Source of the DNA: Corallococcus coralloides
GTDB lineage: Bacteria > Myxococcota > Myxococcia > Myxococcales > Myxococcaceae
Assembly (NCBI RefSeq): GCF_044792175.1
Contig: NZ_CP172866.1
Length of the DNA: 64,000 nt
Strand: one strand, 5' to 3'
Under the pieces are notes generated by a model. The model ran no database searches. It was not told the origin of the DNA and saw only the letters and a program-made list of their open reading frames with translations. The translations under genes and the position numbers were made by a program. Position 1 is the first letter of the stretch. Each line of letters starts with the position of its first letter. Positions 46,678 to 55,859 of the stretch are shown here, one piece after another.

Positions 46678-47795
46678 TCCAGTCCTCCCAGGACGCGGGT
46701 GTTGGTCGAAGCACGCCAGGTGACGGGGCCCGCCAGGGGTGACAGGTCCAGGCCGCTCGCGAGCACGCGCTCCGCCGCCGCCGTGGTCATCGCCGTCGCG
46801 AGCAAGGCCCCGGGGCAGCCATGCGAGCCCATGCCGAAGGTGAAGGTCTGACGCCCCTCGCGCCGTGGCAGGAAGGCATCGGGCTGGGGGTTCTCGAGCG
46901 GATCCCGGTTCGCGGCGGCGAGCACGACGACCACGGTCTCGCCGGCTTCCAGCGGCTGCCCCGCGACGGTCGCCGCGGCGTGGGTGAAGCGTCGCGTGTT
47001 CTGGACCGGAGCGTCATGGCGGGCCGCCTCCTGCACCACGTCGCCCACCGTGCACGCGCCTTGTGAAAGCTGTTCACGCAGCTCGGGCATGCGAGCGAAG
47101 GCCCGCAGCGTCGCGCTCAAAAGCCCGGCCGTCACTTCATACGCCTGGGTGAGCAGGCCCACGGCATTGGGGATGCGCAGCTCGTCCGGGCCCTGGCCTT
47201 CCATGAGCCGGGCCGTGAAAGCGGTCCTCGCGGTGGACTGGAAACAGGCCGCCACGCGTTCGTTCAGCCTGGCCACGCCCTCGCTGCCCGCATGGGGCCC
47301 GGCGACCGAGCGGACATAGGCATCCACGTCCCGCACGGTTGCCTCCAGCGTGTCTTCCGGGAAGCCCAGCAGCGAGCCCAGCACGAACACGGGGAACTGG
47401 AGGGCGGCGTCCGGCAGCCGTGACAGCGAGGGCGTCGCGAACAGGCGCTCCGCCCAGCGGCGGCTCTCCGCTTCGACCTCCCGCTGCGCCTCCAGCAGCG
47501 CGCGTGAGAGCGTCTGCTTCACGGCGGGGTAGGGGCCTCCGTCGTTCATCCGCACCAACCGTCCAAAGAGCGCGCCTCCGGTGGTGCCCACCAGATGCGA
47601 CGGCACCGGCTCCGACCGTGGCCGGACCCGGCAGTGCTCGCTCGTGAGCACCGCGCGGACGGTGGCCGCGTCCGCCGCGATCCATGGCCCGAAGCCGGGG
47701 ACGCGATGCAGTCCGCCCCGGGCTCGGAGCGTCGCGTAATAGGGGTACGGGTCGGGGTGTGTGACGGCCTGATAGGGGTCGGTGGGCGGTGTCAT
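46674..47795 (-). CDS. Cytochrome P450
   Basis: Heme-binding loop FTFGMGSHGCPG, an ExxR motif, and an I-helix. The ATG at 47795 is preferred over the ORF-track start at 48023. Confidence 0.85.
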   Translation of the reverse strand: MTPPTDPYQAVTHPDPYPYYATLRARGGLHRVPGFGPWIAADAATVRAVLTSEHCRVRPRSEPVPSHLVGTTGGALFGRLVRMNDGGPYPAVKQTLSRALLEAQREVEAESRRWAERLFATPSLSRLPDAALQFPVFVLGSLLGFPEDTLEATVRDVDAYVRSVAGPHAGSEGVARLNERVAACFQSTARTAFTARLMEGQGPDELRIPNAVGLLTQAYEVTAGLLSATLRAFARMPELREQLSQGACTVGDVVQEAARHDAPVQNTRRFTHAAATVAGQPLEAGETVVVVLAAANRDPLENPQPDAFLPRREGRQTFTFGMGSHGCPGALLATAMTTAAAERVLASGLDLSPLAGPVTWRASTNTRVLGGLE

Positions 47796-47858
47796 CGGTC
47801 CTCGCTGCCGGGCACTCTGCTGCCATTGCCGTGTCGGCGTGCTAGGAAATGGTTCGTC

Positions 47859-48542
47859 ATGGACCGAACGATGAATGCAGGACCGGACCTCACGACGCTG
47901 GCCACGGCCGTGGGGGACGCCACGCGGATCCGGATGCTGGAGCTGCTCATGGAGGGCCGGGCGCTCGTCGCGAAGGAGCTCGCGTTCGGCACGGGCGTCA
48001 GCCCCGCGACGGCGACCGCGCACCTCCAGCGGTTGGAGCAGGCCCGGCTGGTCCGCGCCACCCGGCAGGGGCGCAACAAGGTGTTCCGGATCGCCACGCC
48101 CACCGTGGCGCGGATGGTGGAAGCGCTGATGACCGTGGCGGTCCGGGGACCCCGTGCGTCAGCGACTCCGGAACCCCTGCGGGCCGCGCGCTACTGCTAC
48201 GACCACCTGGCGGGCCGGCTGGGCATGGGCATCACCGACGCGCTCCTGCGGGCCGGGCACCTCGCCCTTCGCAAGCGCGCGTTCGCGCTCACCCCGAGCG
48301 GCGAGGCGTGGTTCCAGGAGTTCGGCATCGACCTGGCGCCCGTGCGCGAGCAGCGGCGCCACTTCGCCCACCGTTGCCTGGACTGGAGCGAGCGGCGCGA
48401 CCACCTCGCGGGGGCGCTGGGCGCGGCGCTCGCCGCCCGGGTGTTCTCATTGGGGTGGGTGGAGCGTCAGCCCGACTCTCGCGGCCTCATCGTCACGCCG
48501 GGAGGCCAGCGGGGACTCAAGCGTCACTTCGGCGTGCTGTAG
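47859..48542 (+). CDS. ArsR-family (winged-helix) transcriptional regulator with C-terminal extension
   Basis: LATAVGDATRIRMLELLMEGRALVAKELAFGTGVSPATATAHLQRLEQARLV is an ArsR/SmtB-type HTH. It is divergent from the P450 gene with a 63-bp intergenic region. ATG at 47859. Confidence 0.65.
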   Translation: MDRTMNAGPDLTTLATAVGDATRIRMLELLMEGRALVAKELAFGTGVSPATATAHLQRLEQARLVRATRQGRNKVFRIATPTVARMVEALMTVAVRGPRASATPEPLRAARYCYDHLAGRLGMGITDALLRAGHLALRKRAFALTPSGEAWFQEFGIDLAPVREQRRHFAHRCLDWSERRDHLAGALGAALAARVFSLGWVERQPDSRGLIVTPGGQRGLKRHFGVL

Positions 48543-49375
48543 GCCGCGGCGTTCGCGTCCGCGCGCTCACGGGTGCGCTGGATGGCGACGGAGACCGCTT
48601 CTCCCACGACGCGCGGGAGGCCATGGGCGTCCATCGCCGTGAGCCCCGCCTCGGTGATGCCTCCCGGGGTCGCTATCTCCGTGATGAGCCGAGGGGTGGT
48701 GGCGCCGGGTTCGGCCAGCAGCTTCGCCGCTCCAATGAGCGTCTCCTTCGCGAGCACCGCCGCTTCCGCCGCGTCCATCCCGTGCGCCATCGCGGCCTGG
48801 GCCAGGGTCTCCACGAAGCGGAAGACATACGCGGGGCCCGTGCCGCACACGCCCGTGCAGACCGTGAGCGCTTCCTCGGTCATCCACAGCGGCCGTCCCG
48901 TCGCGGCGAAGAGGGACTCGGCGGCCTGCCTCGCGGTCTCCGTCGCCCGGGTCCCGGCCGTCAGGGGCGTCACGCCCGCTCCCACGCGCACGGGGGTATG
49001 GGGCAGGGCGCGGATGACCGAGACGCTGGAGGGCAGCGCCGCTTCCAACTGAGCGATTCGCACATCCGCGGAGAGCGACACCACGGTCTGCCCCGGTTCC
49101 AGGGCCGGCGAGATGACCGTCATCAGGTCCCGCAGTTGTGCCTGCCGCACCGCCAGCAGGATCACCCCCGCGCCCCGCACCGCCCGCGCGTTGTCCAGGA
49201 GGACGTCCACGCCATGCCGGGAGCGCAGCTCCTCTCCGCGCTCGGGCCGGCGCACCGTGACGCGAAGGTCCGAGGGACTCACGTGGCCAGAGCGGAGCAG
49301 TCCCAGGATGAGGGCTTCGGCGATCTTGCCGCCTCCCAGGAGCACGACGGGGGCGGGGATGGGATGGGACGCCAT
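48524..49375 (-). CDS. proC: Pyrroline-5-carboxylate reductase
   Basis: N-terminal Rossmann VLLGGGKIAEALI and the conserved C-terminal dimerisation domain (CTGVCGTGPAYVFRFVETL...TTPGGIT). Confidence 0.85.
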   Translation of the reverse strand: MASHPIPAPVVLLGGGKIAEALILGLLRSGHVSPSDLRVTVRRPERGEELRSRHGVDVLLDNARAVRGAGVILLAVRQAQLRDLMTVISPALEPGQTVVSLSADVRIAQLEAALPSSVSVIRALPHTPVRVGAGVTPLTAGTRATETARQAAESLFAATGRPLWMTEEALTVCTGVCGTGPAYVFRFVETLAQAAMAHGMDAAEAAVLAKETLIGAAKLLAEPGATTPRLITEIATPGGITEAGLTAMDAHGLPRVVGEAVSVAIQRTRERADANAAAYSTPK

Positions 49376-49431
49376 GGCTGAAGCCTACCCTCAAGCGGGC
49401 CGCCCGGGGCCGTGCTCGCCCGCTGCGGACC

Positions 49432-50208
49432 TCAAAGCTTCACACCCACCGTGGTGCGCAGTTGCGTGTCCAGCGGCGGCACCGTCGCGGGCGGCGCGCT
49501 GTCGTAGGTGAGGTTGAAGCCGATGCCCACCGTGACGCGCGGATTGGGCGTCACCGCGAAGAGCGTCTCGTTGAGCACGCGCAGGTCGGAGGGGCGGGTG
49601 ACTCGCGGCTGGAAGTAGACCGTCTCCACGAGGTGGATGTTCTCCATCAGCTTCACCCGGCCCAGCAGGTAGCTGGAGACGCGCGGGTCCGTGTAGCGGT
49701 CTCCCGCGTCCACCTCGCCGTCGTTGCGCAGCCGTTCGTACTCGAACATCAGCGCCACCCCGAAGGTGAGCCCCAGCTTGTCCTCGTTGAGCAGGAGGAA
49801 GCGTGGACCCGCGCCCAGCAGGGCCCGGAACTGGAGCCGGCGGAACTCGTTGTATTCGTGCTGGGCGAAGACTTCTCCCGAGACCCAATCCGAGAACTGC
49901 CGCCGGTAGCGCACGTGCTCCAGCACCTGGCTGACGATGCGCTCGCCACTGGCGAAGGAATACTCACCCCGGATGACGCCCAGCCAGACGTCGCGCTCGG
50001 AGCGCACCTGGCCCACCAGGGAGCCGCGGATGGAGAACAGCTCCGTGCTGCCCGTGCGCCAGTCGCCGCCCAGCTCGATGGCCGCGGCGGGCCCCAGCTC
50101 CGCCTTCTCGTCGAAGAGCGCCTGGACGTTGACGATCTGTGCCGCCGCGCCGCTCGCGTGGAGCAACACCCCCAGCACCACCCACCGGCCTGCCTTCAGG
50201 AGATCCAT
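49432..50208 (-). CDS. DUF481-like outer-membrane beta-barrel protein
   Basis: Signal peptide. Alternating-hydrophobic beta-strand pattern throughout. It ends in an aromatic/hydrophobic C-terminal strand, in a YdiY/DUF481-like arrangement. Confidence 0.5.
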   Translation of the reverse strand: MDLLKAGRWVVLGVLLHASGAAAQIVNVQALFDEKAELGPAAAIELGGDWRTGSTELFSIRGSLVGQVRSERDVWLGVIRGEYSFASGERIVSQVLEHVRYRRQFSDWVSGEVFAQHEYNEFRRLQFRALLGAGPRFLLLNEDKLGLTFGVALMFEYERLRNDGEVDAGDRYTDPRVSSYLLGRVKLMENIHLVETVYFQPRVTRPSDLRVLNETLFAVTPNPRVTVGIGFNLTYDSAPPATVPPLDTQLRTTVGVKL

Positions 50209-50338
50209 GCCTCCTTGCTGTGCCTGCTCGGGCGCTCCCGTTCAACCCTGTTGTGGGGCCTCCGGCGCTTGACGCCAACGGGGGAGCGGAGCATGCCTGC
50301 AGGGTTTCCAGGCCCCTTGCCCTGTCCGGAGCGCGCCC

Positions 50339-51226
50339 ATGCAGGTCCACATCATCGATGCCTTCACTCGCACCGCGGGTGCGGGAAACCGCGCGGGCGT
50401 GGTGCTCGACGCCTCGGCGCTGGATGTCCCCACGATGCAGCGGACCGCCGCGGCCGTGAGCGCGTCGGAGACCGCGTTCCTCCTGTCCCGGCCCGGCGAC
50501 GCCACCGTGCGCCTGCGCTACTTCACGCCCGTGGATGAGATTCCGTTCTGCGGCCACGCCACGGTGGCCACCTTCCACCTGCTCGCGGAGAAGGGGCTCC
50601 TGCGCGGCCCGGGGACGTACACGCTGGAGTGCCCCGGCGGGACGTTCGGCATCGAGCTGGAGCCTCGGGGGGCGCACGGGACGCGGGTGTGGATCACCAC
50701 GCCTCCACCGCCCATGCAGCCGAACCCCGTGGAGCTGGAGGCGCTGATGGCCACGCTGGGGGGGACGGCGGCGCAGGTGGATCCGTCGCTGCCGGTGATC
50801 CGCCAGGGCCACCGGCTGGTGGTGCCCCTCCGGCGGCTCGCGGACCTGGAGGCCCTGACGCCGCGAGGCGCGGCGATGAACGCGCTGCTGATGCCGCACG
50901 GCCTGCGCGGCGTCTACCTCTTCACCCGCGAAGCGAAGGAGGAGGGGAGCGTGGCCCAGGCGCGCTACTTCGTCCCGGGCTTCGGCATCCTGGAGGACCC
51001 CGTGACGGGCTCCGCCGCGGGACCGCTCGCGGCCTGGCTCGCCGAGCACGGGAGCCTTCGCCTCCCCGAGCACGGCGGCACGGTGTCGAGCCGCATCGAA
51101 CAGGGCGACACGCTCGGCAAGCCGGGCCGCATCGACATCCAGGTCACCGGCCGGCCAGGCCACATCGAGCGCGCCCGCGTCGGCGGCGTGGCCCTCACCG
51201 TGATGGACGCCACGCTGCTCGCGTAG
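50339..51226 (+). CDS. PhzF-family isomerase (phenazine biosynthesis-like protein)
   Basis: Motifs MQVHIIDAFT...GN.AGVV and ETAF....G.....LRYFTP..E...CGHAT are the PhzF/YddE family signatures. Confidence 0.8.
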   Translation: MQVHIIDAFTRTAGAGNRAGVVLDASALDVPTMQRTAAAVSASETAFLLSRPGDATVRLRYFTPVDEIPFCGHATVATFHLLAEKGLLRGPGTYTLECPGGTFGIELEPRGAHGTRVWITTPPPPMQPNPVELEALMATLGGTAAQVDPSLPVIRQGHRLVVPLRRLADLEALTPRGAAMNALLMPHGLRGVYLFTREAKEEGSVAQARYFVPGFGILEDPVTGSAAGPLAAWLAEHGSLRLPEHGGTVSSRIEQGDTLGKPGRIDIQVTGRPGHIERARVGGVALTVMDATLLA

Positions 51227-51391
51227 CGAGGCCGCCGCGAATGACGGCCCCCCGGGGCCCGGCGGCCTGGCGGCCCTTGATGGCCCCGCCGCGCGCCTCC
51301 ACGTTTGGGGTTGGGATGCTTCCATCCCCGCTTGAGTGACCGGTGCGGTCCGGCGGCCGGGCGCCAGCCGGCTCCACCGGGGGAGGACGTC

Positions 51392-52057
51392 ATGGCAACG
51401 GACAACAGGAATGCAGGCGCGCAGGAGGGGTCCTCCTCGCCCGCCGTGAAGAACGCCCAGGCCGACGCGCCGAGCGCCACGTCTCAGGGACAGGTCCCCA
51501 GGACGGGCGCTGGCATCGCCCGCCGCGAGTCCCAGGCCCCCGCCATCAGCAGGGAGGCCGCCCCCCTGAGCCCGTTCGGGCTGCTGCGCCGGGTGATGGA
51601 GGACATGGACCAGCTCTTCATGGGCTTCGGAGGACGGGGCCTCGCTGCCCGGAGCGACGTGCTGGACGAGGGCCTCTGGTCACCGCAGATGGACGTGGTG
51701 GAGCGGAACGGGAACCTCATCGTGAAGGCCGACCTGCCGGGGATGAAGCTGGAGGACATCCACGTCGAGCTGCTGAATGACCTGCTCATCATCGAAGGCG
51801 AACGCACCTTCGAGCTGGAGGAGGAAGAGGAGGCCGAAGGCGTCTGGAGCCTGGAGCGCAGCAGCGGTCTGTTCCGCCGCGCCATTCCGCTTCCGGAAGG
51901 CATCGACACGGAGTCGGTCCATGCGAACTTCGAGAACGGCGTCCTGGAGATCTCCCTGAAGCTCCCGGTGACGGTGCCCCAGGGCAAGCGCATCGAGGTG
52001 AAGGGAGGCTCGCGCGAGCAGGCCCGCCGGCTGACGCGCGGGAAGCCCATCCACTGA
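51392..52057 (+). CDS. Hsp20/alpha-crystallin family small heat-shock protein
   Basis: The alpha-crystallin domain is WSPQMDVVERNGNLIVKADLPGMKLEDIHVEL.. ...AIPLPEGIDTESVHANFENGVLEISLK. RBS GGGGGAGGACGTCATG. The N-terminal arm is long and disordered. Confidence 0.8.
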   Translation: MATDNRNAGAQEGSSSPAVKNAQADAPSATSQGQVPRTGAGIARRESQAPAISREAAPLSPFGLLRRVMEDMDQLFMGFGGRGLAARSDVLDEGLWSPQMDVVERNGNLIVKADLPGMKLEDIHVELLNDLLIIEGERTFELEEEEEAEGVWSLERSSGLFRRAIPLPEGIDTESVHANFENGVLEISLKLPVTVPQGKRIEVKGGSREQARRLTRGKPIH

Positions 52058-52076
52058 GGGTGGGGCGCCTTCCGGG

Positions 52077-52772
52077 TCAATGCGTGTGCCGGCGGCCCTC
52101 GTCCTCCACGACGGCCGCCGCCACCTGCTCCGCCGAACCGCGCAGCTCCTCGGTGGACGGCGAGTGCCAGGACTCGAAGGCGAACAGCTTCCGCATCAGC
52201 TTCCCGGCCTGATAGCCCGGGCGCAGCCCGATGGCGTCGAACATCCAGGCCAGCGCCTCGTCCGCGAAGGTGGACCAGGCCTCCTCGCAGCCCGTGGCGT
52301 CCATGGTGAGGTTCATCGTGGTGACGATTGCATCCGCCAGGGCCAGCGTGCGGATGTCATTGTCGTCAGGGCCCGAGGGCAGGTCCCGCTTCAGCGCCTG
52401 GAAGTGGGCATCCAGCTTGAACAGCCATTCGCGCGACCGCTCCAGCGCGTCGAGGATGAGCTGGATGTTGTATTCCACGCTCATGTTCGGGGTGGGCTTC
52501 TGTCTGAAGAAGCGGTGGCACCAGCAGTAGCCGCCGAAGCTCTCATTGCCCAGAGACAGGCCCGTCTCCGTGTACCAGGGCCCCAGGTTCTGGTGGAGCA
52601 TCCGCTGGAGGTGTTTCGCCATCGTGTCGTGCTGCTCGTCCGTGAGCTTGCGCGTCCCCGGGGGCACACGCGGCGTCAGGTATTCGCGCAGCATCCGGAC
52701 GAGCTTCTCCGGCTCATACCCATCCAGGCTGTCGCGGATGCGCCGCCAGTGCCCCAGGGCCGGCCTGCTCAT
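52077..52772 (-). CDS. Hypothetical protein, paralog A (full length)
   Basis: 231 aa. It shares WRRIRDSLD.Y.P..L...LRE.L.P......L...Q......Q..L...LGPWY.E.GL.LGNE..GGYCWCH.FF.Q.P with the upstream gene. The start overlaps the upstream stop (ATGA). Confidence 0.45.
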   Translation of the reverse strand: MSRPALGHWRRIRDSLDGYEPEKLVRMLREYLTPRVPPGTRKLTDEQHDTMAKHLQRMLHQNLGPWYTETGLSLGNESFGGYCWCHRFFRQKPTPNMSVEYNIQLILDALERSREWLFKLDAHFQALKRDLPSGPDDNDIRTLALADAIVTTMNLTMDATGCEEAWSTFADEALAWMFDAIGLRPGYQAGKLMRKLFAFESWHSPSTEELRGSAEQVAAAVVEDEGRRHTH

Positions 52773-53224
52773 ACGGCCACCTCCGCCACCCGCGCCGCCG
52801 CGTCCCGGAGGGCCCTGTCGCCGGCCGCCGCCTCGAGCTGACGGCGCGAGGCCTGATACACGCCGTCCAGCGCGTACAGGAACGAACGGATCCGCTCCAG
52901 CGCGTCCAGCATGAGCTGGATGTTCTCATCCACATCCATCGTCCGGTGTGGCGGGTTCTGGTTGAAGAACGAGTGACACCAGCAATAGCCCCCCAGCACT
53001 TCATTGCCCAGGGGCAGGCCGCTCTCGAGGTACCAGGGCCCCAGCTCGGCCTGGAGCAGGTCCTGCACGGCGTTCTTCGCCTGCTTGAGCCGGCTGGCGT
53101 GGATGCTTCCGGTCCGCAAGGGAGCCAGGGCCTCCCTCAGCCGGGACGCCAGCGATTGCGGTGAGTAGGCATCCAGGCTGTCGCGGATGCGGCGCCACGT
53201 GAAGGCCGACGCGTTGTTGTTCAT
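52769..53224 (-). CDS. Hypothetical protein, paralog B (C-terminally shorter)
   Basis: 151 aa. The ATG at 53224 overlaps the Fic gene stop (ATGA). It is homologous to paralog A over its whole length. Confidence 0.45.
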   Translation of the reverse strand: MNNNASAFTWRRIRDSLDAYSPQSLASRLREALAPLRTGSIHASRLKQAKNAVQDLLQAELGPWYLESGLPLGNEVLGGYCWCHSFFNQNPPHRTMDVDENIQLMLDALERIRSFLYALDGVYQASRRQLEAAAGDRALRDAAARVAEVAV

Positions 53225-53958
53225 TCGGGCACCTCGTTGCGGCACGGGGCGTCCGGCCCCGCGATGGTCCGGGCCAGCAGCCTCGCCAGCCGCGTGTAGT
53301 TCACCGCGTCTCCCGGACGCTTGGGCCACAGCACCACGGGCGCCAGCGGCGGCGTGGGCAGCCCGCCCCGGCGCAGCATGTATTCCAGCCACAGCCGCGC
53401 CGCGCGGGCGTTGCCGTCCGGGAAGGGATGGAAGAAACACAGGTCCAGGTACAACCGCGTGGCATGTGCCACCGGGTGGCGCTCCTCCCGCGCGTCCGCC
53501 TCCACCTTGTCGCGGAAGGCGGCCTCCAGGCCGGGCCCGTGCGCGTAGCGGTGGGCGCCCCCTCGCGCGAAGGCGTCCCCGGTGCGGAAGCCCGTGGTCC
53601 CGCCCAGAAGCTCTGACTGGAGCTCCACCATCCGGGTGAAGGTCAGCGGCTCGCCCGCGTCCGCGAGCCGCCGCACCCGGGCCAGGGCCCGCTCGAAGCG
53701 CTCCGTGCGCGCCGGTCCCTGGACTTCATGGGCCGGTGCGTCATGCCGGTGCAGGAAGTCCTCCTGGGCGCCCGTCTCCCGGAAGGGCTGCCGCGCCGCC
53801 GCCGCCAGGTCCGCCCGGAGCGCGGGCAGCGCCCAGTCCAGGGCGCGCGTGGCCTCCCGGTGGGGCGCGAGCTGCTCGGTGGCGGACGGGGCCTTCACTC
53901 GGGGTCCAGGGCAAAACGGGGGGGCGGGGAGCCCAGCATGGACGGGGCCGGGTGACAA
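53221..53958 (-). CDS. Fic/DOC family protein
   Basis: Fic motif HPFPDGNARAARLW (HxFx[DE]GNxRxxR). Start uncertain. Confidence 0.6.
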   Translation of the reverse strand: MSPGPVHAGLPAPPFCPGPRVKAPSATEQLAPHREATRALDWALPALRADLAAAARQPFRETGAQEDFLHRHDAPAHEVQGPARTERFERALARVRRLADAGEPLTFTRMVELQSELLGGTTGFRTGDAFARGGAHRYAHGPGLEAAFRDKVEADAREERHPVAHATRLYLDLCFFHPFPDGNARAARLWLEYMLRRGGLPTPPLAPVVLWPKRPGDAVNYTRLARLLARTIAGPDAPCRNEVPE

Positions 53959-54056
53959 ACACCCCGGGCGATGTGGCCCTCCCGTGGGTCACGGAGTGGA
54001 GCCCCGGCGCACAATTGCGTAAACAGGCCGTTCTGGCAGCAGGGAGAAGGCACTGA

Positions 54057-54977
54057 ATGAAGACGTTCCTCGTGGTCAACCCGCGCAGCGCCAACGGGCA
54101 GACGGGGAAGCGATGGGTGGAGATCTCCGCGCAGGTGGGCAAGGTGCTCGGTGACTTCGGGTACGGCTTCACCAGCGGCGGCATGGATGCGGCGCGTCTG
54201 GCGCGGCAGGCCATCGATGACGGTTATGAATGCATCGTCGCGGTGGGCGGCGACGGCACCCTCAACGAGGTCACCAACGGCTTCTTCCGCGACGGGCAGG
54301 TCATCAACCCCCGGGCCACGCTGGGGCTGTTGCCCCGAGGCACCGGCGGCGACTTCCGCCGCACCTTCGGGTGGGACCTGGAGCTGACGTCCGCGCTGGA
54401 GCGGCTGCGCACGGAGACGACGGAGCCCTTCGACGTGGGGCGGCTGGAGTTCACCGACAACGACGGCAAGCCGGCCTCGCGCTTCTTCGCCAATATCGCC
54501 TCGTTCGGCGTGAGCGCGGTGGTGGCCCGCGAGGTGAACCAGGGCAGCAAGGCGCTGGGCGGCCACCTGAGCTTCATGTGGGGCACCGTGAAGGGGCTGC
54601 TGAAGTACCAGGAGCAGCAGGTGCGCCTCACGGTGGACGGCGGCGAGCCGGAGACGGTGAGCGTCACCGCGGTGGCCGTGGCCAACGGCCGCTACTTCGG
54701 CAGCGGCATGTTCGTGGCGCCGGAGGCGGTGACGCACGACGGCCTCTTCGACGTCACCATCTGGTCCAACTACGGCCTGTCCGACTTCGTCCTCAAGTCC
54801 AAGGGCGTCTACAACGGCGACCACGTCACCTGGAAGGGCACGCGGCGGCTGCGCTGCCGCACGCTCCACGCGGAGGCGCTGACGGGCGACGTGTTCCTGG
54901 ACGTGGACGGCGAGACGCCGGGCCGGCTGCCCTGCACCATGACGCTCCTGCCGGGCGCCATCCGCCTCAAGGTGTAG
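54057..54977 (+). CDS. Diacylglycerol-kinase catalytic domain lipid kinase (YegS/DgkA-like)
   Basis: MKTFLVVNPRSANGQTGKRW...CIVAVGGDGTLNEV (GGDG motif), plus the C-terminal beta-sandwich. Confidence 0.8.
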   Translation: MKTFLVVNPRSANGQTGKRWVEISAQVGKVLGDFGYGFTSGGMDAARLARQAIDDGYECIVAVGGDGTLNEVTNGFFRDGQVINPRATLGLLPRGTGGDFRRTFGWDLELTSALERLRTETTEPFDVGRLEFTDNDGKPASRFFANIASFGVSAVVAREVNQGSKALGGHLSFMWGTVKGLLKYQEQQVRLTVDGGEPETVSVTAVAVANGRYFGSGMFVAPEAVTHDGLFDVTIWSNYGLSDFVLKSKGVYNGDHVTWKGTRRLRCRTLHAEALTGDVFLDVDGETPGRLPCTMTLLPGAIRLKV

Positions 54978-55857
54978 CGCCGGAGCGGGGCGCTCGCGGC
55001 GCGTCCGCCACGGGCGCGCCGACGCCGGGCGAGGCGGGCGTGGGGCGGTACCAGCTCGTCTGGCCAATCAGGTGCCGCGTGAAGCCGTCCTCCACCAGGG
55101 GCGAGGCCTCCGCGGCGCCCAGCACCAGGTAGCCGTCCGCGTGGAGCATCCGCCGCACGCGGGCGAGCACCGCGCGCCGGGTGGGCACGTCCCAGTAGAT
55201 CATCACGTTGCGCAGGAACACGAGGTCCACGGGCGCCTCCAGCGGGAAGTCGTCCATCAGGTTGAGCGGCCGGAACTCCACCGGCCTGCGCACCTGCTCG
55301 CTCAGGCGCCACCCGTCGCGCTCCTGGTGGAAGTAGCGCTGGCGCAGCTCGGGCGTCAGGCCCCGGTGGATCTCCTTCGCGTCGTAGCGGGCCTCGCTGG
55401 CCCGCACGAGCGCGCGGGTGCTGAAGTCGGTGGCGAGGATGCGCACGGTCCAGCCGGTGATGAGCAGCCCGGCCTCGGCCAGCGTCATCGCGATGCTGTA
55501 GGGCTCCTGACCGTAGGCGCACGCCGCGCACCAGACGCGCAGCGTCCGCGTGCGGACGCGCTTCGCCAGCAGGCCCGGCAGCACGGTGGCGCGCAGGGCC
55601 TCGAAGACGGGCGCGTCGCGGAAGAAGGCCGTCTCGTGGTTGGCCAGCGCCTCCGCCAGCCGCTGGTGCAACGGACTTCCCTCCGGTTGCGTGCGCAGCC
55701 GCGCGACCAGGGCGGAGAGGTCCGGCAGCCGCTCCTCGCGCATGAGGGGCGTGAGCCGCGTCTCCACCAGCGCGTACGTGTCGGGCTCCAGCACGAGCCC
55801 GGAGCGGCGCAGCACGCGCTGCCGCAGGTACGCGAAGTCGTCGGGAAGCAGGGACAT
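54967..55857 (-). CDS. cheR: Chemotaxis protein methyltransferase CheR
   Basis: The SAM-dependent MTase motifs are LRVWCAACAYGQEPYSIAM and FLRNVMIYWD. The C-terminal 296 codons of the artefactual ORF 54967..56997 are this gene. ATG at 55857. Confidence 0.85.
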   Translation of the reverse strand: MSLLPDDFAYLRQRVLRRSGLVLEPDTYALVETRLTPLMREERLPDLSALVARLRTQPEGSPLHQRLAEALANHETAFFRDAPVFEALRATVLPGLLAKRVRTRTLRVWCAACAYGQEPYSIAMTLAEAGLLITGWTVRILATDFSTRALVRASEARYDAKEIHRGLTPELRQRYFHQERDGWRLSEQVRRPVEFRPLNLMDDFPLEAPVDLVFLRNVMIYWDVPTRRAVLARVRRMLHADGYLVLGAAEASPLVEDGFTRHLIGQTSWYRPTPASPGVGAPVADAPRAPRSGATP

Positions 55858-55859
55858 GC

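Noticed and set aside
51227-51391. Heat-shock promoter/CIRCE element upstream of hsp20
   Set aside because: Only loose matches were seen (CTTGATGG; GAGTGA). There is no convincing sigma-32 -10 or CIRCE inverted repeat.
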